DNA of 53,696 bases from Macrostomum lignano (Eukaryota): positions 1-53,696 of the forward strand of contig NIVC01001127.1 of NCBI GenBank assembly GCA_002269645.1, written 5' to 3'. Every line of letters starts with the position of its first letter. The stretch's first letter is position 1. The notes beneath the pieces were generated by a model, which worked only from the letters and a program-made list of their open reading frames with translations, did no database searches and was not told where the DNA came from. The translations under genes and the position numbers were made by a program. This document shows, one piece after another, positions 10,982 through 33,984 of the stretch.

Positions 10982-13900
10982 TTACTCGCAGTCCTGTAAT
11001 TCCTCGATCGCCGTTACAAAGGCGGCCAAATCTAGCAGTTTGCTCAAACCGAAGTGCCGTTCGAGAACTCGACCGAAGTACTCGGGCGAGCGGGCCAGAG
11101 TGCGGGCCAGAAACTGCAGCTCTAAGCCGGACATTCCGCGTTCGGTGATTTCCGCTGGCAGTCCGTGTTCCCGGCACCAGGCGGTGACCTTCTCGGCGTC
11201 CCATGCTCGAACTGAAGAGGCCAATCGACGGGTTGATTGCTGCAGTTGCAGTTGCTGATGCTGCTGCTGCGACACAATCGGAGGCAGCACCGGCGGCTGC
11301 GACGGCGTTTCGTGCCCCCGACGCTGACTGCCGACAGCCGAACCCGACCGACACGTCACGCCGCTGTCCAACTGGTTGAAGTGGCTCTGCAGCGCCACCA
11401 GCAGCTCTTGTACTTTGCTCTCAAATGAGCACTTTGTCTCAGTGAGGTCGTAGCGCAGCTCAGCTAGAGTCAGAAAGCCGAGCCAACCATTGGTCCGGTA
11501 CTTGGGCTCCAGCAGCAGCGGGATGAGCTTCTTGCCGCACTCGTGCGCGTACTCCACCTCTGAGAACAATTAGAGCATTCTACGTCAATAGATTAGATGC
11601 GTCAAAATAGTACAGGTCTATGAGTAGAGGTAGGACGGGATCAAGGTCCCAATACCGAGATGGCATGGTCCTTATTATAGAAAGTATTCTGCGATGTAAA
11701 ATTTCGGTCTTATGAAAGCAACCCGGTTTCAAATTTGTTATAACTGCATGTACTTCTCTTACTGGTTAGCCTCTATGAATATTTAGAGCGAATTACTACA
11801 AATTCATCGTTGAAGTACAAATCAAAGCGTGAAAATATTGTAAAAGGATGTGCTTAAATGAAGTGTGGTATCATTCTATTTAGCGGCCCTGTGTTACCTG
11901 TGGTAAACGCTTACGTATTTTACGAGGCAAAAAATTCACTTTGTTATATACGTTGTACCGTTGTAAACCTTGAAAAATCTGCCATCGTTTTCAACATACC
12001 CAATCGACAGTTGTTGCTCTCGTTGTACAACCGGGTGATGCACATGAGCACAACACTTGAGCCTTCAATTCCATTCGCCATCGCCTGATACACCGAGCCA
12101 CTCTTCATGTCTTTGAAATCGACCCAGATGTCTACCTGAGCCTCCGTGAGCAGGTTGTAAAGTCGTTCAACAGCCGCCTTGCTGCCGTGGTTATAACTGA
12201 TCATCACCCGTCGTGAGGACTTTTTGGACTTTTTTCGGCCAGCGGAAGCTGAAGCGGTTGATGCGGCACTGCCGGGTCTCTCAGAGGCGTCCTGCAGCTG
12301 AAAGACGAGGCCCTGCAGCTGCTTGGAGCTGCTCCACTTTGGACTGACCTGAAAATAGAAAGCATTGGAGGGGATAAAGCAAACGTTTGCAACCCCCAAG
12401 TACGCTGTCACAATGTTGAACTTAGGCCACGCGGCTGACGGAATCTGAGCAACGAAATGACTTGTGTCCACCTGCCCTCAAAGATCCTGTGCCTGCAGCG
12501 TCAGCAGCAACACCTCTATGCACCGGCTATGGAGTGAAGTGCGATACGACTGATGAGGACGCACTTTTTCCAAATCCCGCGCTAGCACATGGGCTCTAAA
12601 CTTATCAGCCTACTAACAGTGGGCAATGGGCATTTTTATCCTTTTTCTGCGAATTGTCATAGAATCTATACTAGATATAATGTTTGGTCATACTAGTAGT
12701 CATAATAACATAGGCGCAGCTTTTTGGGTCATAAATCATCGCTTTCGAAGCTGGTCTGACAGCCACCTGCGCCTCACTCAGTGTTGAGGCGGACGCCAGA
12801 TGGTCTGAGAGGATGCGGGCGGTAGCTTTTTTCTGATCATTTTGACAGGCCATCAAGATTTATGAGGTCAGAGCCTATTGTTCGTGTTCACTAAAGCGTG
12901 TGACAGCTTTGACAGCTATGCGTTTTACCCCTAAAAGTACTTTGGGATTAGCGATTAGTGATTTCTCTTCATTATCTTCACATTCTATTTAAGCTTTCTA
13001 ATGTATATTTTTTCATTAATTTTTGTCAATTCTACGCGAAAAGTCATAAATCAGTTTGTTGCGATTTTAATTGATTTATGGCCGCACCTGTCATCTTTTT
13101 ATGACCCCGAGGGAACTGATAGGATCTCCCAGTCACGTGATTCTGGGTAGCAACAAGCTTAGCCAATCAGAAAATTCGACGCTCATTTTAACAAATCGGC
13201 TCAGCCAATCACAATCGACGTGTTCCATTATAACAAATTGCGGTCCAGTTGGCGGCTATTTAAACCAGTGTTTTTGGCCCGCTCGGACCTCACCTCTCCT
13301 GGGATCTTGGCCAAACTTAGACCTCCTGGAGCTCGACCGTCGTCTCTTGATCCCCGGATCACGACTGACATTTGTTAAATCTGTTAAACATCATGTTAAA
13401 TCTGGCAGTTATATTTAGCGGTTTTATTTCTTTGTTCGCCGATGGCTCAGATGAGTAGCTAAGCTAGTAGGCGCCGGTCACAGTGGACCAATGGCAAGGC
13501 AGTTCTCAGTCGATCAATCTATCAAATCAGTTTGCGAAATTGCCAATAGTGCAGAATCGGCTCCAGAGATGTACTCTGTGCACTCCAGGTTAGCCAAGCG
13601 GCTCGGGTGATGAATCATGCGGTCTCTGAAGTTCGAGTTAGCCTATCATTAGCGCTAGGAGAGGCTAGTTGGCGCGTTGAAGGCCAAAAGTACAATTCTT
13701 CGTATTTAGCAATGTAATAGTACATGTATGTAGCTACCCCATAGTCTCGCCACTGCAAGAATCCCCTGCACAAGTCCCCTCTGTACCTGCATGGCCAATG
13801 CGATCTAGTCCCAGCAGTGTCCCTTATCATCGGCTATGACTTCGAGATTGACAGCAAAAAGACACTAGTTGGCAGGTAAGTGCAAAGCCCCTTCTAGTCG

Positions 13901-16002
13901 GAAGCCCGATTTCGAAGTTCCGGTGTGGTGAGCCAGGACGTACGGGCTGGTGGCAGCGAGTTAGCTTATCTGCGGATTAACTAATTTCTATCTTCAAAAT
14001 TCTCCCTGCTTGTCTCTCGCTGTCCCTCTCTTAGCTATAGGACCTAGACTGCTCGCCACACGATCAAGCTACCATGGGGCTGACCATCTGACAGGAGTGG
14101 GGGGCCAGGACTCTAATTGATTTATTTCTGAGACCTGGGGCCCGAAGGCTTTCCCCATAAGGGGGCTGAAAGGTCGAAACCCATCACGACAACGCGTGTG
14201 CATTGGCTTGCTTGCTGGTCTCGTGGTGATGAAATTTTCTCGTCTTGTGCGTCTGTCAGCAACTAAATGTGCGTCTCGACCACCGCCTGAACAATTCCGC
14301 CTTCTGGAAATCAGCTCGCGCCAGGGACTGTAGGACTGCCCTAACAGAGCAGATCCTCGTGGACGTCTGGAACCACTAAAAGCATATAAATATCAACTAA
14401 ACAATAATTACCTCTAACAAGCCGATGACCTCTCGGAATTCTTTCCAAATCTTCTGACGAAATTTCTTGCTAAAGCTGAGAGTGAACAGAATCTCGATGC
14501 CTTCGGCTACGTCCTCGTCGTTCGAGCTGTCGAGAAGCTTTTTTACGGTTGGCAACAAGTCCAGTTCGATGAGAAGATCTTTGTTCGAGTCGTTCAGGGC
14601 CAATCGCCGAATGCCTTGGTTGAATTAAGCAGCAGTTAAAAGTTAGATGACGAATTTTTCCACCATTTTCTGCAGTAAAAGCTCATTGTAAAGTAAACTA
14701 GGCGCATGAAAAAATGACCAATGTAAATTTTATTAATTTTGGTAACTTTTGACTACTTGGCAAAACTCACATTTAGCCACTTCAATCACATCGTAGCCTC
14801 TCCAGCTTCTGTCTGGTGACCCGAGCGCCTTGCGCAGATTCTCAATTAGAAAGGCGATGTTGTCTTTGGCACCAAGAAATACGTCGCTTTGCTTTTCATC
14901 TACTGCGAATGCGATGAGGATTAGCGCAGCTGTCTGTGAGAGGTGGGGTATTTGGTTTTTATAATAGCATGGCTATTTATCTTGCCATTCATATTTGTGA
15001 CAGTCAGCTTTTAGCTCAGTACCGAGGTAGAGATTGAAAGGTTGATAGGCAGACAGACATACACACACTAAGACAGTCAATAATACAGGTACTAAGACAT
15101 TAAAACAGGCAAGACTAAGACAGACAAGCACGATGACAGACACTAAGGCAGACACTAAAACAGGCACTAAGATAGACATAAAAGCTCTAGAACAGACATA
15201 CAGGCAGTTAGACAGGCACTAAGACAGACATAATGACAGGGACTAAAACATGCAGGCAATCAGACAGGCACTAAGACACTAACCCATCTTTACATCGGCA
15301 GGTGCATCAACACAAACAGAAGGGAAATATATTTAAGAGAAGTGAACTATTAAAATACCAATTAATCTAATCACTCACAGACACCGTGGTATCGCCGCAT
15401 TGCAGGTAGGGCTTCGTACTGCTGACCAAGTCAAACTCCGACAATCGGCTGAACACCTCTGAGTCGTTTTTAAAGTACGCGTTGAACGCGGCTCCGATGG
15501 TGTAGTAAACGGCATTTCCACGTCCCGTGCGTGAGTCCAGCTGCTTCGCATCCTGGCTAGATAGTAGTCGAGGATAAAACTCCTTGAAGTACTTTTCCTG
15601 CTGGCTAAGCTGCCGACAAAAGTCCAACGACCAGTTGGTAGCGTTTAGAAAGATGCCCAACAGACACTGGCAGACATTGCCAACAATACCGTTAAATATT
15701 TTTGCGCTCGAACTCGGCACCTCATCCGCGCTTTCCACAGCAGCAATTAGTAAGTCAACAGACATCGCGAGCAGATTGGAATCGTTGACTGCCATTGTCA
15801 CATCCGGGTTCTCGGCCACTTGTTTGGTTGAAAACACTGACGCGAGTTGAGCAACGCTAGTGAACAGGTCAGACGCCCCGGCATCATTGCTCTCTAGAGC
15901 TGCTGGACTGGTCAACTGTTTTAGAAGCTTGGTTGCTTTTTCAATCTCAGAGCAGCAGTCTTTTACCTGGGGCGACAGTTTTTTAGCTTTAACACTGAAC
16001 AT
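10982..16002 (-). CDS. ARM-repeat / TIR / SAM-like domain protein, 5 coding exons, 638 aa
   Basis: Exons 16002-15379, 14933-14771, 14614-14412, 12348-12000 and 11559-10982 join in frame (1917 nt) at GT-AG sites. TIR motifs VMISY, IWVD, MANGIEGS, NCRLEVEYA, IPLLLE, GWLG; ARM-like RLALNDSNK; SAM-like WDAEKVTAWCREHGL. Confidence 0.88.
15045..15285. repeat. Degenerate gacaggcactaagaca repeat in intron 1 of TIR gene
   Basis: Recurring ggcactaagaca/gacagaca motifs. Confidence 0.75.
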
Positions 16003-16639
16003 CTCTCTGCCGACGAGGCTTCTATTGACTCTACTTGAAAAGCGATTTTAATTGCAACGTTTAACAGATTATAAAAGCTTGTGAAAGCGATAGACTTGAA
16101 TTTTTTTAGCAATGTGGACAGGACTGTACTTCACCTGCATGGCAACAGAGCAGCATTTGGTATGTACGTAATTAAGCCACGCTACTGACATTGTACTCGT
16201 ACAGCATTGGCAGTAGCTAACAGGGAAAGAAATTTTCTGCACATCATTATGCGTCCTCCGCTTCTCTTTCAGCCTCTCCCTTCTCTTTTAGCTCTTTCTC
16301 CCTCTCTCACTTTGCATTGTCTACACCATCTTTCCATTCTTCCATGTACCTAATTGCACATTTGAGACAGTAAGAAGACAACTGGATTTTATATACTCGT
16401 ATATATCCTTCGTAGTTTCAAACAACAAGTAGTGTCGATTGGTTTTTCGTCATAAGTGTTTATTTAATACAATAAATATTTTTTCCATTAGGTAGTAAGC
16501 TAAAAGTACAATACATTAGAGGGCAGAAATAAATACAGCAACAAAATATTTCATTGTAGTTGATCCAAGTAGCATTTTCATTGGTTCATTGTTTTGCATT
16601 TGTTAGCCATATTGATAACTAAGCCAATAAAGTCAAGAA

Positions 16640-17396
16640 CCACTGCCACAGAACTGCACTCGGCCATAGACAATAAAGCTAATCAAAGCCACTGCCACAG
16701 AACTGCACTCGGCCATAGACAATAAAGCCAATCAAAGCCACTGCCACAGAACTGCACTCGGCCATAGACAATAAAGCCAATCAAAGCCACTGCCACAGAA
16801 CTGCACTCGGCCATAGACAATAAAGCCAATCAAAGCCACACTGCCACAGACCTGCACTCGGCCATAGACAATAAAGCTAATCAAAGCCACTGCCACAGAA
16901 CTGCACTCGGCCATAGACAATAAAGCCAATCAAAGCCACTGCCACAGAGCTGCACTCGGCCATAGACAATAAAGCCAATCAAAGCCACTGCCACAGAACT
17001 GCACTCGGCCATAGACAATAGAGCCAATCAAAGCCACTGCCACAGAACTGCACTCGGCCATAGACAATAAAGCCAATCAAAGCCACTGCCACAGAGCTGC
17101 ACTTGGCCATAGACAATAAAGCCAATCAAAGCCACTGCCACAGAACTGCACTCGGCCATAGACAATAAAGCCAATCAAAGCCACTGCCACAGAACTGCAC
17201 TCGGCCATAGACAATAAAGCCAATCAAAGCCACTGCCACAGAGCTGCACTCGGCCATAGACAATAAAGCCAATCAAAGCCACTGCCACAGAACTGCACTC
17301 GGCCATAGACAATAAAGCCAATCAAAGCCACACTGCCACAGAACTGCACTCGGCCATAGATAATAAAGCCAATCAAAGCCCGGCCACAGAACTGCA
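16640..17396. repeat. 49-bp minisatellite (ccactgccacagaactgcactcggccatagacaataaagccaatcaaag)
   Basis: About 15 near-identical units between the Ig-like and TIR genes. Confidence 0.97.
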
Positions 17397-17647
17397 TGAT
17401 TTCTTTGCTTGAATGATTTTTAATGAAGCCATTCAACTGACTGGCTTTTTATCAACTTGACTTATAAAAGCAATTATATATAGAAAAACTTCAAGCTCGA
17501 CTTCTAATAAAATAACAGGACAATGGACAATGGACTAATCAACTAGTCATTGATCCAAAGAAACTACGTCTGGAATCAACTAAAATGCTCCGTGGATCAA
17601 CTCAACAATAAAAAAACACTTTTTAACTTTTTTCGGATTCATCGAAA

Positions 17648-26723
<9,076 letters not shown>

Positions 26724-26821
26724 TTCATCGACTTTCCGCTAATGGACATCTAGTCTGATATTGCTGCTGCAGTTCAATTTCTTTAATTTGACTTTCATCT
26801 TTTTCGTAGTGTAGCTGCCCA

Positions 26822-29800
26822 CCCACGTAACCAAGAATCTCGCCAAAGGCTTGCGTCCCCATCGCGTGGCAATATTAGGCGATATCTCGCCTGGCGATAT
26901 CTAAGCAATATCTAAGCGATATCGATCGGCGATAAATCAATACGATAGGAAATTGCCTCTAAAGTCCTATATATATGTCTAAAAGACACTAAAACGAAGT
27001 TCAAACCTATATTGGCCCATCTTGCGCGCATTCTTGCGAAATCGCCAAAACCTTGAGTTTCGATGCCTTGGCGATAATTGCACCATCGCCGAGCGATAGA
27101 ACAACGTTGGGAATGCGATCCATGCTTAATTCACATGTATTTTAGCCCACTCGACTTATAAATTCGCAATTTAAGGTCACTTCGTGAATGGTGAGTTGCA
27201 AGCGAGTGATGCTCTTCTGTTTTAGCATTATCTTCTTAGTCTATCGTACCGTACATATAAACAAGTTCGTGCATCGCGGCGCGATATTTTAGCGGTTGGC
27301 TGGCGCTGTTTTTAAGTTCATCTTGAAACTTTGATGCCAATAAGATGTATATCAAGTTAAATTTGCAGTTTTGATATATAAAAATAAAAAATATGTTCTT
27401 TTGTCGTCTTGTCCTGCTTTGTGTTTCTGACTGCAAAATTCATTTATTAATTTGATAAAATACGCGTTAAATGTATGCTCTTTTAAAAATGACGCTGCAC
27501 AACTATAGTCAGAGGTCTTGATCGAATTAAGACAGATCATCAGATCGCATGTTCCCTTTTTACATATGTTATACATGTCTTACGCTCAAGATTATTTGTG
27601 AAACAAAAAACTGTGGTAAATAGTGGTAGATAGTAACAGTAGTCCAGTGCTCAGAGTTTTATTTTGTCAAACTGTGTTTTTAGCACTTCATTTTTAGATT
27701 TCTTTTGCACATCCAGATGCCAATTTTGCACCTCGAAATGTTGGTAGACGCATACTTTTAATTACATTTCTAGAAATCAAATGCATTTTGGCTCTTTTAG
27801 AGAAATTATAACTATTACTGAACTTAGATCAGTGCCAACTGCCAATGTAGTTGATTAGGGCCTAACTTAAATTTCCTTCATTGTTCATTTCAATTTCAAC
27901 CTGATCTAGCATTGATTAGGTTTTGGAAAATTCTAAATAGCTAAACTAGCTCCAGCCTATATTCTACAAGTAGAAGATAGCTTTTGTGGACTTATTAAGG
28001 ATCAGATGTATAAAATACTTGCTGATGTCCAAATCTTAAACTGCTTTTGTCAAATGTCAATACTACTACTAATGTAAAATTTAGGATTTTGGAGGATTTT
28101 TGACAAGTGGAAATTTTTATACCTAGCTATTAATGGTGATATTGATCTTCTTGAATAGAACAATAGGCCTTTCCAACCATAACCCATAGGCCATATTCCC
28201 CATGGTCCAAGTATTAAGGTTAACTTGTTTTAGACCTTGACTTATTGTTAAATGCTAATTAGAAACTTATTTTATAGAATATAATGGCCATTGATCTTGA
28301 AATTAGATAGAACAGTGAGTCTCTATTAAAGATCAGTTACAATATAGGTAGCTAGTAGTCTATACTATATATGGCTATAGTTTATTGTCATTTTTCCATA
28401 TCTATAATTTTTGACTTAGCCATTTTCTTATGCCATGGTTTTTGGTGTTTAGGTTAGCTACCCTAGGGCTAGGCCTAGTCATTTCAAATTGACTAGATCT
28501 CAATTTTTAATATATTTTATAGTAGCTATTTATCTTAAATAGAAAAGTGGGCTTCTTTTAAAGATTAGGCTAGGCCTAATACTATATTAATACTATATTA
28601 TATTACACTTCTACCTACCCTAACACCCTGTTCCCTATACAGGTTATAGCTATGGTACTTAGCATTGATATTAGGATTATTCTAGTTATTTTTTGTAGTA
28701 AAAATGGATGCATTATTTGAACTCTCCATACCAAAAGACCTCTATTTAGACTATAGCTACAAATTTATGAACTGATATAAAATGGAACTATCCTAGTTAT
28801 TTTATCATTTGGACCAAAAATGCTAGTTTTACTGGTTTAATAAAATTTGTTCACATCTTTATTTATGCAAGCAATTATATCCTTTCTTTATGCTGTTCTA
28901 CAATCTCAATTTTGGGGGCCAGTTTGTCAAGTATGCTCCCGAAGCATGAATTATCAGCCTACCAACATGCCAATGGCCTTGAGTGAGCAATGAATGACTG
29001 AAGGTCCTCAGAAGCAAAGGTTCAATTCCGGAGACTGACTGGGAGGCCCATTCCTGTACCATCCTGTCAAAGTGTGGTAAATAATTTTAAAGTTCTAGAC
29101 TTCCTTTGAATTACTTATTTGGTGACTAACTGAACTGCATACTTCTGATGTGGGTGATATTCTGCACAAGCATGATAAGTCAAAGTAACTGGAATTTTAC
29201 TTTGTTACATTTAATTTTTCCATTGTGAAGTAACCAATATTTACTGTCGAATTGCTTGTTAAAGAAGTCAGAAATATTTAATATTTTGTTTTTTTTAGTC
29301 ATCTGGGTTTTTCACCTTAGACTTCAAGTCATGTAATGACATGACCGTCATTCTATTAGCATGACCAAATTGAGACGGGTTCATGCCAGCCTGGTATTTT
29401 CAAGAAATTTTATTGTTATGGGTGTCATTTTGACTTGGCTTAGGTTTTGTAAAGGGCAAAAATTTATTAAGTTACGAATTTTGAGTCATTTAAAGATTCG
29501 AGGAGTCTGACAAGAATGCATCATACTTGTCAAATGTATGTTTTTTCTTATTGCCAACCAGCCCAGCATTTGTCTTCAATATTTGTCAAATGAAAGTCTT
29601 TAGTGCTCAAGTCTAACTATTGCTATTTTTCTCCTATATTATATTTTTCTCTCCCTGCCTGCTGCATATTTATAGCTGAATTTTCACCATACATGCTGCT
29701 GTAAGTAGCATCATTAGAAGTAAAATATATATTCAAAAATCGGGAGGCATTAATAAGAACTTGTGGAGTTTTCGTCTCCAGCGACTTAAAGGAAAGCTAT

Positions 29801-30076
29801 AGGCTATCTGATGGAATAATAAATTTGCAGTATTGAGCTGTGTCTGTTGATTCTTTCAATCATTTTTAATGCTATCATTTAAACAAGAATTATAACTGTA
29901 TCGTCAATTCATCGCCAATTGCTCGCCAAACGATATCGCCGGGCGATACGGGACGATATCGCCCCTGCGGACAGCCGCGATATTTCGGCGAGATGAGGGC
30001 GATCGCTCGGCGATGTTTAGACGAATCGCCGGGCGGTATCGCCCCGATGTGGAGGCGAGGTTTTTGGTTATGTGGG
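26822..30076. mobile_element. Non-autonomous CACTA/EnSpm-like element (3255 bp)
   Basis: Termini cccacgtaaccaagaatctcgcc and rc cccacataaccaaaaacctcgcc (20/23 identical), CA dinucleotide on both flanks, dense subterminal GCGATA/TATCGC repeats, and an AT-rich non-coding interior. Confidence 0.7.
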
Positions 30077-30302
30077 CAATTGGTTTTTGCCATAGAAAAA
30101 ATTTCCAAAAATTTATGATAGGGATGGAATTGGAAATGTAAAAGAGCGTATTTATCTATACAGTCCTATTTACATGTACATGCATACGCTCGTATATTTA
30201 GCTCGTATTCATAACATGTAGCTAGACGAGATACATGTATGTTATGTATGTGGATGCACAATTTTAATTTTTGTAAGTTTAATTGCCCGTTCGACATATT
30301 TA

Positions 30303-30564
30303 GAGGCTTTTCATATTACCAATTCCAGAATCAGAATCGGTTCGGATCTTCCAAGAAAAACAGCAGTATAACTATTTAATTCTGTTGAATGTTTGACTGC
30401 CTTAACAACCTCACTTAGCACAATTTTTTACTTTCTTCTTGGCGATTGTCATTCAATAATAAAAACTTTATAGCACGTATCTCCCTCTAGTTATGGAGAA
30501 AAAAAGTTATACTTCACAAATTGGTTCTGGTTCTGGAACCAGAACAAGCAATATGAAAAGGCCC
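30303..30564. mobile_element. PIF/Harbinger (Tourist-like) MITE
   Basis: 15-bp TIRs gaggcttttcatatt and rc gggccttttcatatt (13/15 identical), with TTA on both flanks. Confidence 0.65.
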
Positions 30565-32012
30565 TTAGTTGCATGCAGTATCACGCAAAGATACCGGTAT
30601 ACGAAATATCGAAGCTTTTCAGTAGAAATTTCAGTAGAAATTATATATTAAAGAGTAATGTGTGTACATGCACCATTTTGCTACTAAACTACTATATGTA
30701 CAGCATATTTGCAGAGATGGAGACAGATATTCTGCACGCTAGTATCTGGAATGTCGCTATTTAGTGCCTAAAATGAAAAGATGTCTCTGCACTGTATTTT
30801 TGGCTTTTCACCCATCGTACACGGTCCCCATTTTTTCTTTGAAACACGACAGTATTCTGTGTTCTTCATCTTCAGGAGTTTTACAGCGACTGAAGCTACA
30901 TTTATATTTTAGAGTTGGAATTAATGTACAAATATTATTAATATATAAACACATTAAATCCCCCAAAACCAACCTAATTTATTAGATTTTTTAGTAAAAA
31001 AATCTAATGTTAATTTTATTTATTTAATAAAAATAAATGACTCCGGGAGTATTCGTAATATCGGATGGACTGTAGCTCATTATAACAAATTGAACCTAGT
31101 TGTTCTTCAAGCGTTGTCAGAGTTGCGTATTCTTGATTTGCCAGTGATGTAATAGTGTTTAAATAAATTTTCAAGAATGATAAAATTAACTATTTTAAAA
31201 CGTTCTAATTACAAAATTAACACTTCCACCACTATCAATTGGAGGTCACGGTCCGCCCGCACGCTAGGCCAAGGCCCTATATTGCGTCATACTGATACTG
31301 TATTATGTAAAATTTTGCAAAATTTGTTGACTTGTCTTGCCTTTTATGCCTACTATTTACTAAATTTATTTTAGTGGATTACAGAAAGGTATTACTATTA
31401 CTATCATAGTATCATTGCATAGCTATCACTAGTTTTAATTTTAAATCTTAAATTTACAAGAGGGAAACAATACAGTAACGATACTCAAAACTCTAACCTA
31501 CCTATATTTTAGGGCCTATTCTTTGAAATATATTTAAACAAATATTTATTCAGTGTGTTTCTTTGAATAAAAAATAGGATAAAATTTATGACACAAGCCT
31601 AGTGTACACCAGGGGCCATAGGCCTACCATATGGCATATGTGGAGGAATGTTTCAAAAAGTGGGGGACAGGTTCAGTGATGGATTTGGGGGGGGGTGCAT
31701 AGACCCATTGAGTTAGATTTTTTTATATGGAAAATGCACTTTATAATGTACCAATTAATTCTTCAAAATCCATCTAACATCTTGTCAACACTCATTTTGG
31801 CACTACAGGCACTCATTTTAGCACTGTAGGCACTCATTTTGGTGCTGCAGGCACTATGTTTTATTGCCCTGCAGGCTGCAGCAAAATGCATTCATATAAA
31901 GTAGCAAAAACCAAAAATAAGCAATAAGTCTACATTTTATATTTAAAATATGGAGGGGCCAGATACCATTACTGGTCTTTCCCTCCTATTTTAAAAAGTG
32001 AAGGGCCATGAC

Positions 32013-32413
32013 TAGAGGTTGGACGGGATCCCGATCCCAATCCCGAAATCTCAGGATCCCGAGGAAAATTGAATTCCCGCGGGACGAGAATCCCGACCCT
32101 AAAAAACTCAAGATTCGGGAACAGGTCTTTTGATTAAATAATTTATAGAATTAGTGATTACTTGAAGGTATTTTGCTTTAACTTGTACTCGTTACATTAT
32201 TTACTTTGTTGGTTATAAAACTTTATATCAATTTCGTTGTGTTTTACTTCTTGATCTTGACAATCTTTTCTCAATTTTGTTTAACTTTACATGGACAATA
32301 CACTAAAAGACCTGATCCCGATTCCCGAAATCCCGATCCCGATCCCGATCCCGAGAAAAAAATTATTCCCGATCCCGATCCCGCCCGAAGATTTCAATCC
32401 CGTCCGACCTCTA
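32013..32413. mobile_element. MITE with TAGAGG termini (hAT-like)
   Basis: TIRs tagaggttggacgggat and atcccgtccgacctcta, identical 7-bp flanks ccatgac, and subterminal atcccg repeats. Confidence 0.85.
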
Positions 32414-33984
32414 CCATGACCCTATTGCCCCCCTTGTTCCTGACCTATGTCTATGCCAGGGGCTGGGGCATTGCTAAGAGGGGGCACTAGGTATATTTCC
32501 CCCCTAGAAAAGGGAAAACATTTCTCTATTTTTGTATTTTGCTTCCAATGCTTCCATTGAAGATGGATTTATGTCTCTATCCCCCCTAACATGAATCCTA
32601 GCTATATGCCTGGCAGCCTGGTTTAGATAGTAATAGGCCTAGGCTACTATTTTGTCTTTAGCCTAGAGGCTAGATTTAGTATTTAGTATTCTAGTAGTCT
32701 AGAATACTCTAACTAATATTGGAGTAGGTTAAGGTTAGACAACTTAGCTTTGTTAAAGTCAAAGACAAAGCACTAGACCTAGTCATAAGTCTATTTTATA
32801 TTATATAATTAATAAAAATATTAATTATTAAAATTAGTAAAATTTTTTTTTCAAATTTGCCTTTTATACACATGTTGTTGCCAATTTTAGCAAGTCATAA
32901 GAACCTTCTAGATCATGTTATGTAAAATTTGCTTAAAAATTTGAGCATGCATTGGGCTTGCATGCCAAAAGTTAGGTAGGCCTATGCATAGCTGGTATGC
33001 ATTATTAATTTACTCTTAAAAAGATAATATATATGTACATTAGACATGCACTTTATGTGTAGAGTTGTTAAGTTGTTAAATTGACCAACTCTTCAAAAAC
33101 CGAAAAATAATTAAGTAGGCAAAAATCGGATGTTTGTAGCCTTTCAATACCCCTGCATTCTCATGCAGGCAAACAATACAAATAAGCACTTAGCAAAAAG
33201 CACGCTTACCAAAATCATACCCTTTTTAATTAATATTTAACGTGGGGGTGAGGTTAGCAGAGAGAGAAGGGGTTGGCTCATGTACATTAAATAAAGAAAA
33301 AATACATGTACAATTAAATTAGTAAAAACCCCGAAAATATGAGCTCGTGTAACAAAATATGAACTTCCAGAACATTCCCCCCTTCTAGGTTAGGGCCAAT
33401 CAGCAAAAAGCAGAGAAATATCGCCTTCCCAAGACTTACATACAATTAATTGAAAAAGGTGCAATTGTGCAATTGAAACGGTTGTCAGCATAATTTGAAA
33501 AAAACAGTAAAGTTCTGTAACCAAAAATGAATAGCGCAAAAGCAGAGAGTAACAATACGAATGCATGCAATATGAACTGTCGATTGGGCTCAAAAATAGT
33601 TAAATATAACCCTTGACTTCCGTCGCTAGCCAACACAAAAATCTCTACTAAGAAAGTGTTTTTTTTTTCGCTGTTGATTAGTACCCGAATTGGGGTATCA
33701 AGCCTCTGAGTAGTACCCCATTTTGGAGGAGTAATACCCCATGAAATTTCTAATTTTGCCTCTGTAGATTACTTGAATTCTTAGAAAAATTGATTCTGGC
33801 GCAGTCAAATAACTTAATCAAGACTATATTCAGAGTTAAAACACAGCTGCTAATGTTTGACTGCATTCTTGTGTCTTTCGTTGAAGGCTGAACAAGCTAG
33901 ATTTCGAAATTTCAAGTAAATTAGATGGCATTGCAGTATTGCATTGACAAGGGAAAAGTTACCTATAGTTGACTATTGAAAAAT

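Noticed and set aside
12548-12600. Hammerhead ribozyme candidate (CTGATGAG..)
   Set aside because: It lacks the G of GAAA and has no stem I pairing.
14128-14180. Hammerhead-like fold (CTGAGA-stem-GAAAC)
   Set aside because: The core is one base short, there are extra bases before GAAA, and no proper stem III/UH site exists. It remains only a local multi-hairpin.
28960-29070. Degenerate tRNA/SINE-like segment (ggttcaattcc)
   Set aside because: Only a B-box-like motif is present, with no clear A box or similarity to the other SINE.
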